Part shown: in pieces, positions 21,076 to 33,539 of the stretch
Position numbering within the stretch: position 1 is the stretch's first letter
Layout of the letters: every line of letters begins with the position of its first letter
From: a virus
Virus record (IMG/VR): IMGVR_UViG_3300003323_000920
DNA length: 64,000 nucleotides
Strand: one strand, 5' to 3'
The notes under the pieces: model-generated
Told to the model about the DNA's origin: nothing
Databases searched by the model: none
The model's input: the letters and a program-made list of their open reading frames with translations, nothing else
Translations under genes and position numbers: made by a program

Positions 21076-21900
21076 TCATTGCTGTTCAAATTTTGCTTTT
21101 AATTTCAAATATAGCAGCCGCTCTTCATCCTCTTTTTCTTTATTATTTTTTGCCTCCTCACGCATTCTCTCCAGGTACTGTTCATCTGTTTCCTCAACTT
21201 CCCGTTCAACAACTAAATATGGGACATAATATTGACTATTATTAGGTTCAGAGTACCCAAAATTCGGGAATTCTTGCAGTTTCCATTCTATCATCTTTAC
21301 GCTATCATCGGGTAATATTCCTTCTATCTTAATTAAATCCTTCCATTTTATATCTACTTTCCATGATTCTAAAAGAGGTACAGGAATTGGAAGTAAAATG
21401 AACTTATTGATTGTTCTTTTCATTTTTTGAATTCTTTATCTATTTCATCTAATTCATCTTCTGGAATCATTCCTTCCAGTATTATAGAAGCCGCTCTAAT
21501 TTTCTTCAGAAGTATTCTATATTTTTCCTCATACTCAGAATACGCTTTCCTATAAGTTACAGCGCATGTAATAGCATTGTGGGCTCCTCCAAAACCATAT
21601 TCTTTAGCAAGAGTGTCAAGTTCTTCTAATGTCTTTTTCATGTATATTAAATTTACCTTGTTTATAAAGATCATATTCTTGTAAGGTGGGTTCTCGCGTC
21701 TCCCTCACCAACTTAGATTGCCTGCATTCTGAGAAGCCCTTTTTATTAAACTCATAACCGACCATTAAATCAATTTTACTATTTTCTCGGCTGACATAGA
21801 TTACTTTAAGAAAATCTCCAGGTTTTCTTTTATTAGTCTCTTTTAAATTGACCAATAATTCACCCTCCTTTAATTTCCTCACCTTGAAATATTTTGACAT
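21076..21900 (-). other. hypothetical ORFs (21076-21423, 21420-21674, 21616-21900)
   Basis: Co-oriented, overlapping ORFs. Confidence 0.5.
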
Positions 21901-23918
21901 TACATATGAATTTTAGAGTCAAGTTTATTTAGTATTGTATAAATTTTTTCCAGGTAAAAAGTATAGTTAATATCATACTCTTTCTTTTCCTGGTATATAT
22001 TAAAGACATTCGCCAACCACGGACCGGCTTGTAACTCTTGTTGTCTACCATCCGGATGGCACTTGATCAACTTGTTTCCTTGATTGGAGATATAATATCG
22101 AATTGTTTTTTGTAGCCGATTGCCCTTTTCTTCATATTCTAAGTTTGAAGGATTTACACTCTCAAAAAGGGCAGTTTGTAGTGATATCATTTTTCGTTCT
22201 TCAAAATACCATTGCGCCTTTCCTCTAACTGCACCACAAAAATCAAATATATTCTTTGGTGTTTTTGAAATATGTTCCAGGAGAAAATCTTCAGGTTTAA
22301 TAGAATTAACAAAATATTCTTTTAACGCCAATGGGATTACTCTAAACGATTTATTCTTATGCAATTCAAAATCAACAAGAAAATCTCCCTTCTCTTTAGT
22401 TTTACCATCAGATTTAATTGCCAAATAATCATTTACTGTCAATTGAATTAATTTAGAATAATCGGTATATTCCAATTGACCTAGTGTGTCATTACCAACC
22501 AAGATTTCCCACTCCTTACATACCCTTTCATAATCTTTCTCCTGATTCTTGTTGAAGAGACAAACGATTCCATCAGTATTAGCTGAAACAACAGAAATAT
22601 CCTCAAATTCCATTGCTTCAATTAACATCAACAAATCTATCTGACATCCTATCGTCACCTGCATGGTCACAAATGGATCATATTGCCAGGAAGTGAGTTC
22701 CTGTGTTTTACCGAATAATCCCCCATTAAGTGCGAGTTTTAGCCCTTCTTGAATAGATTGATATTTTTTTTCTTTAGTTTCCTTATATAATCTTTTTGCC
22801 TCTAATCTTTTCTCAATATTATCAATTGCTACACTATTCCAAGCTGGACCCAAATGAATAGGATAAAGTTTACGCTTTCTGATACTATTTGGATACATAG
22901 AACCTACATCCGCATCGCGCAACATCTGGTTCCCGTCTGGCATTAAAATTCTTACCGGATCATTACTATGTAATCCTCCCTTCGCAATAGTATAAGTTGT
23001 ATTAATATAGGTAAACTCATATTGCTGACTTTTATCTTCTAATCTAACTACTTCGTTTCTTATACTTTCAATAAAATCTTTAAACTTTTTAGTTTTGAAT
23101 TTGATATATGAGGGGAAACAATCTCCGAATGTAAAATCTCCACTCCGCTTATACTGCTTTTTTAATTGAAATAACTCGTCTTTTTTACTTAAACCAGATA
23201 ATTTGAAGTAGTTTTTCATATTCATCTGATCTCCGATCTTTACGTCATTCCAATTAAAACAACTATCATAAAAATCATATTCCTTTTTTATGTCCGCCCT
23301 CAGCTCTAACTTATTCACCCCCTTATAAAGCTCAAGTTCAGTTTCACCTTTAGCAATATCAAAAACTGCTTTGGTGCTTTTAGTGTCATTGCAGCAATAA
23401 AATAAAATACTGGGAATCTGCTCTTTAGTTATTACAGTATTGTGTTCAATTGGCATTTCACGCAGATCCGGCCAATCAATCATAAATTGTAACCACTTTA
23501 AACTGGTGGCCTTGGCTCTATTATCAAAATGAAAAATTGTAAATACATCAATATGTTTACAAAATAGTCTCCATTCCGGATATGGGGGAAACTCATTATT
23601 ATTGGTGAGATCTATTACCTTCTGTGCAAATTCATAAATCTCCTTTATTATTTGGGATCTTTCTGTGAAATCCTCATATTTCCAACGCCTATAATTTTCT
23701 AGGATAAATTGGGTAATTTGACTATCAAATTTCAAAACATTATACCCAATTAATAGAGGTTTTTTAGCCAGGAATTCAATTAGGTCATCTAATTGCCAAT
23801 ATTGATCATCATCAAAAAGGGAAAACTCACAAATTTGAGCGGTTTCAACATGGAGGAAAACAAAGCAAATATAATTTGTTAGGGTTTCAATATCGTATAC
23901 GTACTCTTTTTTATTCAC
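21900..23918 (-). CDS. family B DNA polymerase with 3'-5' exonuclease, crAss-type
   Basis: YDIET, GYNVLKFD, YCCND (exo I-III); DADVGSMYPN, KLALNGGLFGK, SANTDG (pol motifs). Confidence 0.93.
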   Translation of the reverse strand: MNKKEYVYDIETLTNYICFVFLHVETAQICEFSLFDDDQYWQLDDLIEFLAKKPLLIGYNVLKFDSQITQFILENYRRWKYEDFTERSQIIKEIYEFAQKVIDLTNNNEFPPYPEWRLFCKHIDVFTIFHFDNRAKATSLKWLQFMIDWPDLREMPIEHNTVITKEQIPSILFYCCNDTKSTKAVFDIAKGETELELYKGVNKLELRADIKKEYDFYDSCFNWNDVKIGDQMNMKNYFKLSGLSKKDELFQLKKQYKRSGDFTFGDCFPSYIKFKTKKFKDFIESIRNEVVRLEDKSQQYEFTYINTTYTIAKGGLHSNDPVRILMPDGNQMLRDADVGSMYPNSIRKRKLYPIHLGPAWNSVAIDNIEKRLEAKRLYKETKEKKYQSIQEGLKLALNGGLFGKTQELTSWQYDPFVTMQVTIGCQIDLLMLIEAMEFEDISVVSANTDGIVCLFNKNQEKDYERVCKEWEILVGNDTLGQLEYTDYSKLIQLTVNDYLAIKSDGKTKEKGDFLVDFELHKNKSFRVIPLALKEYFVNSIKPEDFLLEHISKTPKNIFDFCGAVRGKAQWYFEERKMISLQTALFESVNPSNLEYEEKGNRLQKTIRYYISNQGNKLIKCHPDGRQQELQAGPWLANVFNIYQEKKEYDINYTFYLEKIYTILNKLDSKIHM

Positions 23919-26670
23919 TTAATCACAACATTCAATTTTACCATTCTTTGTCTTTTATTAAACTCTCATCTAAATAAATCCCGGCATTAAAAAATAACTT
24001 TACCAGATCTCCTTCTTCAAATGTTCCTCTAAGAGCATCACCACTATATTCAATATAAGAAACCGTTATATCATCAATATCCAACCTCCCATAGCCCCAT
24101 CTACAACGAACATAAAATTCCTCACCGCTATCGAGTTTTCCTTCGTATTGTTCCGGGCAGGCAAAACAGGTCCGCTGAATTTCTGTAACTTTTTTCATAA
24201 ATTAAACCTTAAAGCTGTCAATAGATATCACTTCATTTTCTAGTAATAATTTTACTTCTATGTAAACACTTTTACCATAGTAATCACGATCTTCCTTTAC
24301 TTCTATTGAAAGATTTTCTTTTAAATATTCAATTATTTGATCTTTATTCATGCTTTTAAATTTTTATAACAGGCACATAGTTTCCCCTATTCCTATCTTC
24401 AATGTAATCAACCCCGGAAGCAATTCTCTTCTCAAACTCTGTATAGAAATAATCATCAACATGCTTCAAAAACAATTCAAACTTCATTCTGTGATCAAGA
24501 TTACTTGGTTCCCATACCTCAGTTTCAGTAAGGTAAGGTTTAACTTTCTTCTTTTGTTCTTTTGATAATCGCTTCCATCGTTTTTCAAGTTCGTAGACCA
24601 TATCATCTGTGTCTATTTCGCTTATATCAATAGTGACAGTAACATAACTCATACCTTAACAAATTTCTGTTTTGAAGTATTGGAGATTGCAGTGTCGGTA
24701 TTTTCATGAATTTCGTCTAGGGTGTCGATTACGGCACATAGAGCATTAAACATAGGATCTTTTCCCAGGTAACCAGATTCAAAAGCCTGCTCTATCTTCA
24801 TTGTTTCAGAAGGCTTATACCCAGTACTATCTATTTGCTCCTTTGCTAATCCCGTATAGTTTTCCATATTCACAATTCTTATGCAATGGACTGTTGCCCA
24901 ACCCATTTCATTCGGATAACTTTGATCCTTCCAGCTTATTGATCCATATGCATCTTTGATTATTTCATAATTCATGTGATGGGCCACTAAATTACCGACT
25001 GCGCATCCGCAAACATTTAGATTTTCTAAAGTATCATTAAAATATGCCTCCACTAAAATATCTACTGTTTTATGATATAATTGTTCGTTCTTCATTTCAA
25101 TATTCTTTTAATTCAACAAAATATATTGTATCGTGATTGGGATCTTTGTACTGCTCTTTTACAAACTCGTAATCTTCTTCGGTAAACATATTAATAATTA
25201 TAAATTCTCTTTCATGAATTCCACGATAGGGACCATTACTACATATGTCTGCTACAGTTACTCCACTGGTACAAAATTCTTTGGAGAAATATCTTCTCAT
25301 TGCTCTGGATAAAGCACAATCTTCATTACTGATGAAAGCACAATCAACAAAATCCTCCGGTAATAAATCAACTTTATATGTTTTCTTTTTCATTATAATA
25401 TTTTAAAGGTATCTTTCAATATATGCAGCAATCCATTTAAATGATTTACCACAATCATTAAATTTTGTGAGCTTTTTTACCAGATCATTTTCCTCTATGG
25501 GACCCATTACCAATTTAGGAATTCTTTTGTGGAATTCATTTAGGGTGCCTTGATGTAATAAATCTATATCTTCATTTCCACACACCTTTCCTAATACCCC
25601 CAAACAACAATAAAATTTCTCCTCTGGTTGGCTATGGATTTCTAATAAGTAACCAGTTCCTTGATTATATTCTCCACTCCTTAAAGCCTTTAACCACTTC
25701 GCTTTTATTCTTTCAGGTAATTTTTGTTTTTTCTGTTTCATGATTATAAGTTTTGTTCAATCCAATCAGCAATTTCAGTAAATGATTTCCCTTGAATATC
25801 ATTCATCCGCGTCAATTTTTCTACAATAATATTAGACCCACAATCGCCCATTAATAGTTTTGGTACATTCATAGAAGAATGAAGAACTCCTAAACCTAAT
25901 AGTACTTCTAAACTAACTCCGCAAACATGTCCCAATACACCTAAACAACAGAAACCGTTTTTGTTATTCCCATTATAAAGAACTCCGATGGTTTGATTAT
26001 ATTTACCACTGCGAAGGGCTTCAACCCATTTTTGTTTTATGTCTAATGACAGTTTTTTTTCAACGAATTCCATTTTTATCAATTTTTGATTGTATTACAA
26101 TAGCATCGTTTACAGCTTTATCGTAAAGGCGGGATGCATCCGGTACAGTAGTTACTGTACATTCACCAGCTAATAGCCTGGTGAGGAGTGTTTTTTCATA
26201 ATCATCTTCGGGTACCAAGAATACCTTAGTATCACCATTGGTAAGAGTAAGTACTTGCACTATAATATTATTTTAAAAATGAGTAAAAAGAATGTGAGTA
26301 TTAAATAAATGCCTCCAGCAATAGCACCTAAAATCAATAAAAAACAAAACCCCTCCTTACATTTAGTCTTCAGTAGATCCGTGTTCAACTTCCATTGATA
26401 TTTCTTCACCGTTTAGCAGTTTTGTATGAGAGGATAAAGCAAGACGTATGGCACGACATGCATCTTCAAATGATACGATGTTGTAATTATAACCATTGTC
26501 CTTACTTTTATATACATGATTTTGGAGCCATGAACAGGCCCTTTCATATGCGTCTTGTTCCATAATTAAAATTTTCTTTTCTTAAAGAATGCAGCGATTA
26601 TACAGGTAGCAACAATCATCCACCACCCAATAGCAATTGGAGTATCCATGAGGTATAGGTATTTTAAATG

Positions 26671-27321
26671 TTATTCTATAAGTCTCTGTTCGTCATATAA
26701 TTTCTGAAGGCCCAGTGCAGTTACTTTATGGAGTATTGCCGACTCTACTTCATTTTTTGCTTCCAACACAACCTTATCCATATTCTCCTGGAAACACTCT
26801 AAAAAGAAAGGAATGTTAGAGCTTATTTCTTGTATGGCGTGGGAGATAATATTATTAAGTTGTAATTGATCATCCTTACTTAATGTTTTCTTCTTAATTA
26901 GCTCTTCTGATTTCTTTTGATACTGATTCAGAGTTTGAGCAAACTCCTTCATTCTATCTTTAAATTTTCTATGGGTAAATTCCTTAGATGTTTCGGGCTT
27001 GTTCTCCATTTCAGGAATATGAACTCCATCTTTATATTCAATGGTGCATGGTACCCCACTTCCCATATTCAGGGATGTAATGAGTTCGGCAAACTGATTG
27101 GAAGTCATTCTTACACTAATAATAGGTTTCGGTTTGGCATAATACCAATCCTTGGATAGAGTTTTCTCAACTTCACCCGGACAAAGTTCCATGGCAATGT
27201 AATGCTCTTGAGGAAGTTCTGACCCAAAGAAATATGGAGTTCGACCATTAACCCTGGAAAATCTTAACATACCAAATGAAGGATGGGAAATACGCTCCAT
27301 CTCATTTTTATCTAATGACAT
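26671..27321 (-). CDS. conserved phage protein of unknown function
   Basis: HPSFGMLRFSRV...LFGS-like...VRMTSNQFAELITSLNMGSGVPCT pattern recognisable from diverse phages. Confidence 0.6.
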   Translation of the reverse strand: MSLDKNEMERISHPSFGMLRFSRVNGRTPYFFGSELPQEHYIAMELCPGEVEKTLSKDWYYAKPKPIISVRMTSNQFAELITSLNMGSGVPCTIEYKDGVHIPEMENKPETSKEFTHRKFKDRMKEFAQTLNQYQKKSEELIKKKTLSKDDQLQLNNIISHAIQEISSNIPFFLECFQENMDKVVLEAKNEVESAILHKVTALGLQKLYDEQRLIE

Positions 27322-27537
27322 AATAAATTTATTTAGCGGTAACCTTTACTCCTACTCATTTGAGTTGGAGAGATTTTGTGGATTTTTAATATTAATGTGC
27401 GGTCTTTTGGAGATTCTCTATGATATGATTTGTTTTGATAATATTTTTTGAAGTCATCTATATCAAATAGTTCTTCACCGTCTTTGTTTTTCTTCATCTA
27501 CTTTATAATTCTTCTCTTTCACTTTAACTGTCTATAA

Positions 27538-27565
27538 ATAAAAAAGTCCTCACCCTGGAGGACTT
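27538..27565 (-). terminator. intrinsic terminator
   Basis: aagtcctc/gaggactt 8-bp stem with A-tract on the left. Confidence 0.7.
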
Positions 27566-29091
27566 ATTGGTTTTGAATAAGTTCTTTTAAATTCTCTATG
27601 ATAAATGATAATTTTTCCAATAAATAGCTAATGTATCCGAAGCCTTAATTATACCATTTTTCTCCAATGAAATCACAGTTCGTAAGTTTACTGGATCCAT
27701 GTCCCCACCTTTACCATTCCACACTAAATATGCCTTTTTATTATATGGGCTAATAAAAGTTTTCAAGCTATATTCTCCGGATTGCAATTTCTCAACAATG
27801 TCTTGTTGGGGTTTACTTAATTTTTTCATTTTTAATCCGGTTTTTAAGTTCGTTTACTTTATACTTTTTAGCACAAGTTTCACATACTGGATTATTTGTT
27901 TGTTCATGCCACATATCAGTTGTTTGTAAGCAAAATACACATTTTTCGTATACGTGTGTATTTTCGTACATTTCTGCTGGCTCCTTCTTAATAGGTATCA
28001 TATGTCAAATGGTTTATTTTAATTTGGCAACCGCTTTCGCCCAAGCTTGGAATGCTTTACATTCATTACATGTAATTTTTTTATCTGTTTCCATGTAATT
28101 ATATTCATCCATTGCTATACCACATGCGGTATAATTATCATCAGCACCTATAAGGTGGATTTTATTATCTACATTTTTATCATAATGGTTACCATCGGTA
28201 TTAATTCCACTGTGACCTTTGAATTCAATTTTTCCTATTTCCATATTCATTTTATACCTCCCTTACTTACCGACTAATATTACTTATTTCATCTGTCTTA
28301 ACTTTTTTACATTCTTCAACAATTCTCTGGCATTTTTCACATGTTACTCTTTTTTTGGTCTCTTTGGCTGATTCATATTCCAAACTGGAATCACCAGTAG
28401 TATCCATGCCGCATAATGTATAATCAAAAGAAGGATCTTCAAAATGAACAATTGAAGTCTTAGTATCGTTATGTTTAATCAATAAGTGTTTCATTTGACA
28501 TAATTTAATTGTAAAAGTTTATTACGAATAGTTAAATCTTCTTCCTCCGGAAACACATCAGCCAAATTTAAATAATTTTCATCAGAATAATACACTTCTG
28601 ATACGGGATCCTTTTTATCCTGGTTAACAATGACAAATTGAATATCCTTATTAGAATATACTCCCTGAACTTCACCGTCCTTTATCTCAATTAAAACCTT
28701 AGTCATTCATAAAAATTATATTTACCTTTCTTTTGTCTTTTAACAAGGAATGGAAGTCAGGGAGGTCATCATTTCACTTTTTGTTTGATGAACATTTTCC
28801 AAAATTAAGTTTTTAAATTCACTTAGGGTTAAACCTATACTTAACTCCATGAAACCATTTACAATAAAAAAAGTATGTGAATTTCTTTCGCGTAAAAACC
28901 TGATTGAAATCTTCAAAACATCGTGAATATAATGTTCAACTCCATATAATGAATCGACTTTGAAATGTGAATATTGTACATCTAGTGGAGTTGCACTTTC
29001 TTTCCAATAATGTCCCATTCTAAATCCAAGGGTTATTAACCAATCAGTGAAATGAGAATACACAGTTAAAAACTCTTGTCTTTTAGCAATT

Positions 29092-29379
29092 TTAGACTTT
29101 TTCATTATTTGAATTATTTATTCTTTCTAGTTCATTTATGTATTCATCAAATGACATTCCTGTTTCCTCATCATACCAATCTTCCCACTCTTCCTCGTCT
29201 GGATTCCATATTTCTAGTCCCCCAGCATTTGCATAATCTCTTCTGTGTCGGTGTTCTAATAGGAAAAGATCATAATTTGCCAGTGCATTATTAACAGCCA
29301 CTGCTTCCTCCAATGTATTAACTGGGAAATGGAATGCTTTGCATGGTATATTTGGAAACCAATATATTCTTAATTTCAT
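29092..29379 (-). CDS. P22 gp17-like (superinfection-exclusion-countering) protein
   Basis: MKLRIYWFPNIPCKAF...V...EEA...ALANYDLF...DYANAGGLE...W.DWYDE matches the gp17 family pattern. Confidence 0.75.
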   Translation of the reverse strand: MKLRIYWFPNIPCKAFHFPVNTLEEAVAVNNALANYDLFLLEHRHRRDYANAGGLEIWNPDEEEWEDWYDEETGMSFDEYINELERINNSNNEKV

Positions 29380-30799
29380 ACTAATTCTTTTATCAATGAT
29401 TGAAGTTCATTTAATTCATGATCTTCTAAATTGTTTAACAGTTTTTTTAAATCAGGGCATTTTCGTGGCTTTTGAATTTCGAGAGTTTCCAAGAAAGTAA
29501 TTCTATAATCTTGGACTTCAATAGTATCTCTTCCTTCTGCATCTTTATAATTGTCACATTTAATTAAGTACCCCATGCTTTCAAAAGCAGACATGAATTT
29601 CTTATAATGGTTATTATAATGCCATCGAAATGTTCTCTTTTCCAGCCCACCAACAATAGTTCCTAAAGTATATGCTGGTTTACCTCCCGTCCAAATTCTC
29701 ACTTGAGCACCGATTTCTTTATTTTTTCTTCTTACTATGAGTGGTTTCATATCAACTTACTTTTTTATCTCTTGAAGGTTTATAGTTTCCTACAAATTTG
29801 ATCTTAATAGGTTCTGCAAATATCTTTTTGGAAGTTAGATATTCCCCAATCTCTTCCACCTCTTTTTCTAAATAATAATTAGCCTCATCAATATCTTCAG
29901 TCCTAACAATCAATTTTGAATCCATACAATTAATTACACCATAGTAATAATTATCAGCAGGATTTTTAAATACATAACGATTCATTTCTTCTTTCCATGG
30001 GTACAAAGGTGTTTGTCTTATAAATATTATTCTCTGATATTTCATGGCTTATTGTTTTTCCACCACTCATTGAATTCTTTTTTTAGCACTAATGAAAAGG
30101 GAAGATGAGTAATATTAGAATCACGATATGCTTCCCACGCTTTATCCCGAACTTCTTCTATAGTGTACATTTTTGATTCACCTATTATCTGAATATCCTT
30201 TATCTTTATATACCACCACTCATCTTCATTTGCGATACTGGTAGCAATTAATTCACAATCTTCCTCGTCTTCGCATTCTTCGTTCTCTTTTAAAAGAACT
30301 TTGGTATTAAGAGAAAATTCATGACTACATGAATTACTAACAATTCTTGCTATTTTTCCAACAAATGGAGCAACACTTGGTTTCATTTTTAAACTGATTT
30401 AGTAAAGAAATTCTCCGGATCTGCTTCAACAGCATCTGCAATTTCAGGCCAAGTAGCACCATTATCATTTGCTGATGCCAAATTTGAATAATTTTTACCT
30501 TTTACTACTACTAATTTATCTCCACATCCCCTGTCAGACTTTAGCCCTAATTTTTTCCATGAATTACCCAGAAATCCAAGACATCCCTTTTCATCGTCAG
30601 GTGTTTTATCACGCAACTCTCCAACTACATTAAAAGGAAAAGCTTTCTTTTTTATACGACAAGATGTTAGTAACAGTTCTCCCAAACAACAGGCTTTATA
30701 TGAGTTACCATGTTTCATACCAAGTTGACTTTTTCCTTGGCGTTCTGGATGCTCCCTGAGCGATTTTATCCAGGCTTTTTGTATTTTTCCTAATTCCAT
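29376..30799 (-). other. hypothetical ORFs (29376-29750, 29752-30045, 30042-30386, 30389-30799)
   Basis: Co-oriented; the last one is a CCLG-family member. Confidence 0.55.
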
Positions 30800-31307
30800 A
30801 ATAATAATTTTAAAAATTTCTCTCTCTAAATGTGTTACCTAGTATTATTGGTAGAAATATTCCAGAAAAAACCGATAACACCACTCTAAACATAATTTCA
30901 TCGAATTTTGATCTAACCTCATCCGTATGGAGAGCAAAATTCAAGAATAGAATACTGAACACCCAATAAAAAGAAATAAATAATATCATAATAAATTTGA
31001 TTTTAAAAAATAAAAAATTCCAAAAAATTGGGGCGCATCATTAGGTATGAAATCCTCTGCCTAATATATTGTCAGCCATTTATGCTCTGGACTATTATCT
31101 CCCCAATATTTAAAAAATACCTGTCCAAATTTCCAGTTGGAATACTTAGGTTATTGCATGACCTTTATTAATTTCACCTAATTAATTTCACCTAAGATTA
31201 ATATCATGCATTATCTCTCCAATAAACATACAGCTACTGGAATAGCTTGTAATTCATTTAGTATTGTTACATCCTAATGGAAAACTCCTATGAATTACTG
31301 TTTATCT

Positions 31308-31673
31308 TCAAGCAGGTATTATAGATTTTAATATTAAATGTACTTTTGCCCTGACTGAAGAAAGCTCGTTAATTACCCAGTGATTACGATGCTCTTTATA
31401 ATCTTCCGCCCAATATTCATAGATGTAATAACCATGTTCTTGCAGGCGTTTAATATCTTCCTGGGGAAACCACAAATACAGATTTTCAATAGTATCTGTG
31501 GTTGATAGCCAACCAACAATTTCGGGATCAAAGGGCATTTGCAATTTACTGTTAGCACAGAAGTCAAACTTGGAATGAATTATTCCAGTGAAATTACCTT
31601 GTGTATCATACCACAAACCCTTTTGGTTTAATGAATGACACACACGATAAAAGCGTTTTATTTCCTTCATCAC
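31308..31673 (-). CDS. hypothetical phage protein
   Basis: FYRV...GLWYD...GNFTG...LQMPFD...GWLS. Confidence 0.55.
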   Translation of the reverse strand: MMKEIKRFYRVCHSLNQKGLWYDTQGNFTGIIHSKFDFCANSKLQMPFDPEIVGWLSTTDTIENLYLWFPQEDIKRLQEHGYYIYEYWAEDYKEHRNHWVINELSSVRAKVHLILKSIIPA

Positions 31674-32545
31674 CCTTCAATTTTTAGCGTTACAGTATTC
31701 TTTTTGAATTCCTCAATCAATTTCATTCCTTCTTCCTCTGATACAGTACGATCCAAAGCAGCCGCCTCCAGCATAGGCTTGGCCTTTCTCTCAAAGTTGT
31801 CTATGTTGGCTGTATATTTTGTAACCGATTCTTCAATCTGCTTCAAAGACTCCTGATATAATTTATATTCTTCAGAATTACCTTTTAAGAATTCTGAGGC
31901 ATTACCAGTAGCTTCTGAAAGTTCTTTTAACGTTTTATATTCTTCCGCTTTGGCATCTAATGTATACTTCAAATCTTCAGCATCCTGTGACATTTGAGAA
32001 TGAAGTTGAATCAAATACTGTTCTTGTTTTTGTACGCTGGTGGCCTGTGGTAACAGAGATTCTATTGTTTTGGTATCCACTGCAATTTTATTTGCTAAAG
32101 CTTTTAAAACAATCGAACTACTGTTTTTATCCTGGTAGGAACCGGCCTTCTTTTTATTGTTATCAACATTTTGCTTTAACTCACCAATTTTTCTCTGTAC
32201 CTTATTTCTTATTTGAGAAATATTTTTAATATTTCCATCTAAAGCATCAATCTTGGTGAGTAAATATTCATGATACCTATACATATATCCAAGTTTATCC
32301 TGACCAATTAGTTTCTTGGTTAAATTCCAGGATAATTGTTTATATACATTCCACATCAACATTGGATTGCATATCACGAATATAGCGGGTATGGCTAAAA
32401 CAGCCGCTAACCAGAGATTTGTCATAAGCACAATAAATGGTGGTAATAAATACCATAACAAACCTAATGTTAATACTACCAAAATACCGGCAAATATCTT
32501 TTGATTCTGATTAGTTAAATCGACTTTCTGAATATCGAATTTCAT
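31670..32545 (-). CDS. two-TM membrane protein with long coiled coil (PspA/ESCRT-III-like)
   Basis: Hydrophobic residues ~17-65 followed by ~200 aa of heptad-rich helix. Confidence 0.55.
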   Translation of the reverse strand: MKFDIQKVDLTNQNQKIFAGILVVLTLGLLWYLLPPFIVLMTNLWLAAVLAIPAIFVICNPMLMWNVYKQLSWNLTKKLIGQDKLGYMYRYHEYLLTKIDALDGNIKNISQIRNKVQRKIGELKQNVDNNKKKAGSYQDKNSSSIVLKALANKIAVDTKTIESLLPQATSVQKQEQYLIQLHSQMSQDAEDLKYTLDAKAEEYKTLKELSEATGNASEFLKGNSEEYKLYQESLKQIEESVTKYTANIDNFERKAKPMLEAAALDRTVSEEEGMKLIEEFKKNTVTLKIEG

Positions 32546-32549
32546 TGCT

Positions 32550-33539
32550 TTAATTTATGGTCATTAAGAAGCCAATAGTGAAATTAGCATCCCAATCGAA
32601 AATGAATGAATCACAATTACTATTTTCATAAATGGCCCGGTAAATATTCAACCCGGATTTCTTTTTCACATCATCACCACCGCTGTATTCATCAGGATTC
32701 TTCAATTGGGTGAAACGTTCTTCTCCGGATCTAGTTTCTTGCGCCAGCTTAAAAGGTACACCACCAATCATAAAACAAAATTGTCTGTTAGCTGCTGGAA
32801 CTTTAGCGATAGCCTCTTTAATTTCGTTGTATACTTCTTGATCAGTTTTGTTTATTTCATAGTATTTAGCACCCGAACATTCAACAGTATTCATTTTATC
32901 ACCGGTATACCAATTAATTTTGGTATTTCCGGAACCAATATCTACAGTAAAGGATTTGTCTTTATATTGTTTGGGCAATAGTGCTTTCAATGCATATTTT
33001 CCTTCTTGATCAGCAGTTACACGATTCACCACAAATCCTTTCTTTTGAATAGCATCTGCAACTAAATCAATTTTGGGATTCTTTAAAGCCCCGGAAGAGA
33101 TTACAAAATGAATATTATTACCTTTAACTCCCTTATCAGCTATATTGGCAATATATTTTTTCAGTTGTGAATAAACATCATCGGTAGTAGCAAAACCTTC
33201 ATAGGCCAATGATGCTCCGAATTCTTTTGATACAAGCTGCCAATTCTTGTCTTTATCAATATTGACAACAAAGGCGTTGAACCCCGATGCCCCTACTTCA
33301 ATAACACCCTTATATTGCCCATTTATAGGGGTTTCTGTAGTAACTTTAACTGCCGGTTTAATAGAGGATGTTGTAGTTTCTGATACAGTAGTACTTTGAA
33401 CTTCTCCTACTGTACCTGGTACTGGGGTTACTGTTGCTGTTTGAACAGCTTTAGGATGATAGACCGAATAAACTTTGAAGCCTACCAAAGCTGCAACCAC
33501 TATTAAAATTACAGCTGATAAAATGTGTTGTTTTTTCAT
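32550..33539 (-). CDS. membrane-anchored ASKHA-fold phosphatase (Ppx/GppA- or NTPDase-like)
   Basis: N-terminal TM/signal, Thr/Pro linker, VIEVGASG (phosphate-1), VISSGA, ADQEG, TVDIGSGNT (phosphate-2). Confidence 0.7.
   Translation of the reverse strand: MKKQHILSAVILIVVAALVGFKVYSVYHPKAVQTATVTPVPGTVGEVQSTTVSETTTSSIKPAVKVTTETPINGQYKGVIEVGASGFNAFVVNIDKDKNWQLVSKEFGASLAYEGFATTDDVYSQLKKYIANIADKGVKGNNIHFVISSGALKNPKIDLVADAIQKKGFVVNRVTADQEGKYALKALLPKQYKDKSFTVDIGSGNTKINWYTGDKMNTVECSGAKYYEINKTDQEVYNEIKEAIAKVPAANRQFCFMIGGVPFKLAQETRSGEERFTQLKNPDEYSGGDDVKKKSGLNIYRAIYENSNCDSFIFDWDANFTIGFLMTIN

Larger units (their letters stand above)
23938..29105 (-). other. array of about 17 small hypothetical accessory ORFs
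   Basis: Co-oriented, tightly packed 60-216-aa ORFs, including 25403-25741 and 25744-26082 (CCLG family) and 26671-27321. Confidence 0.6.
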
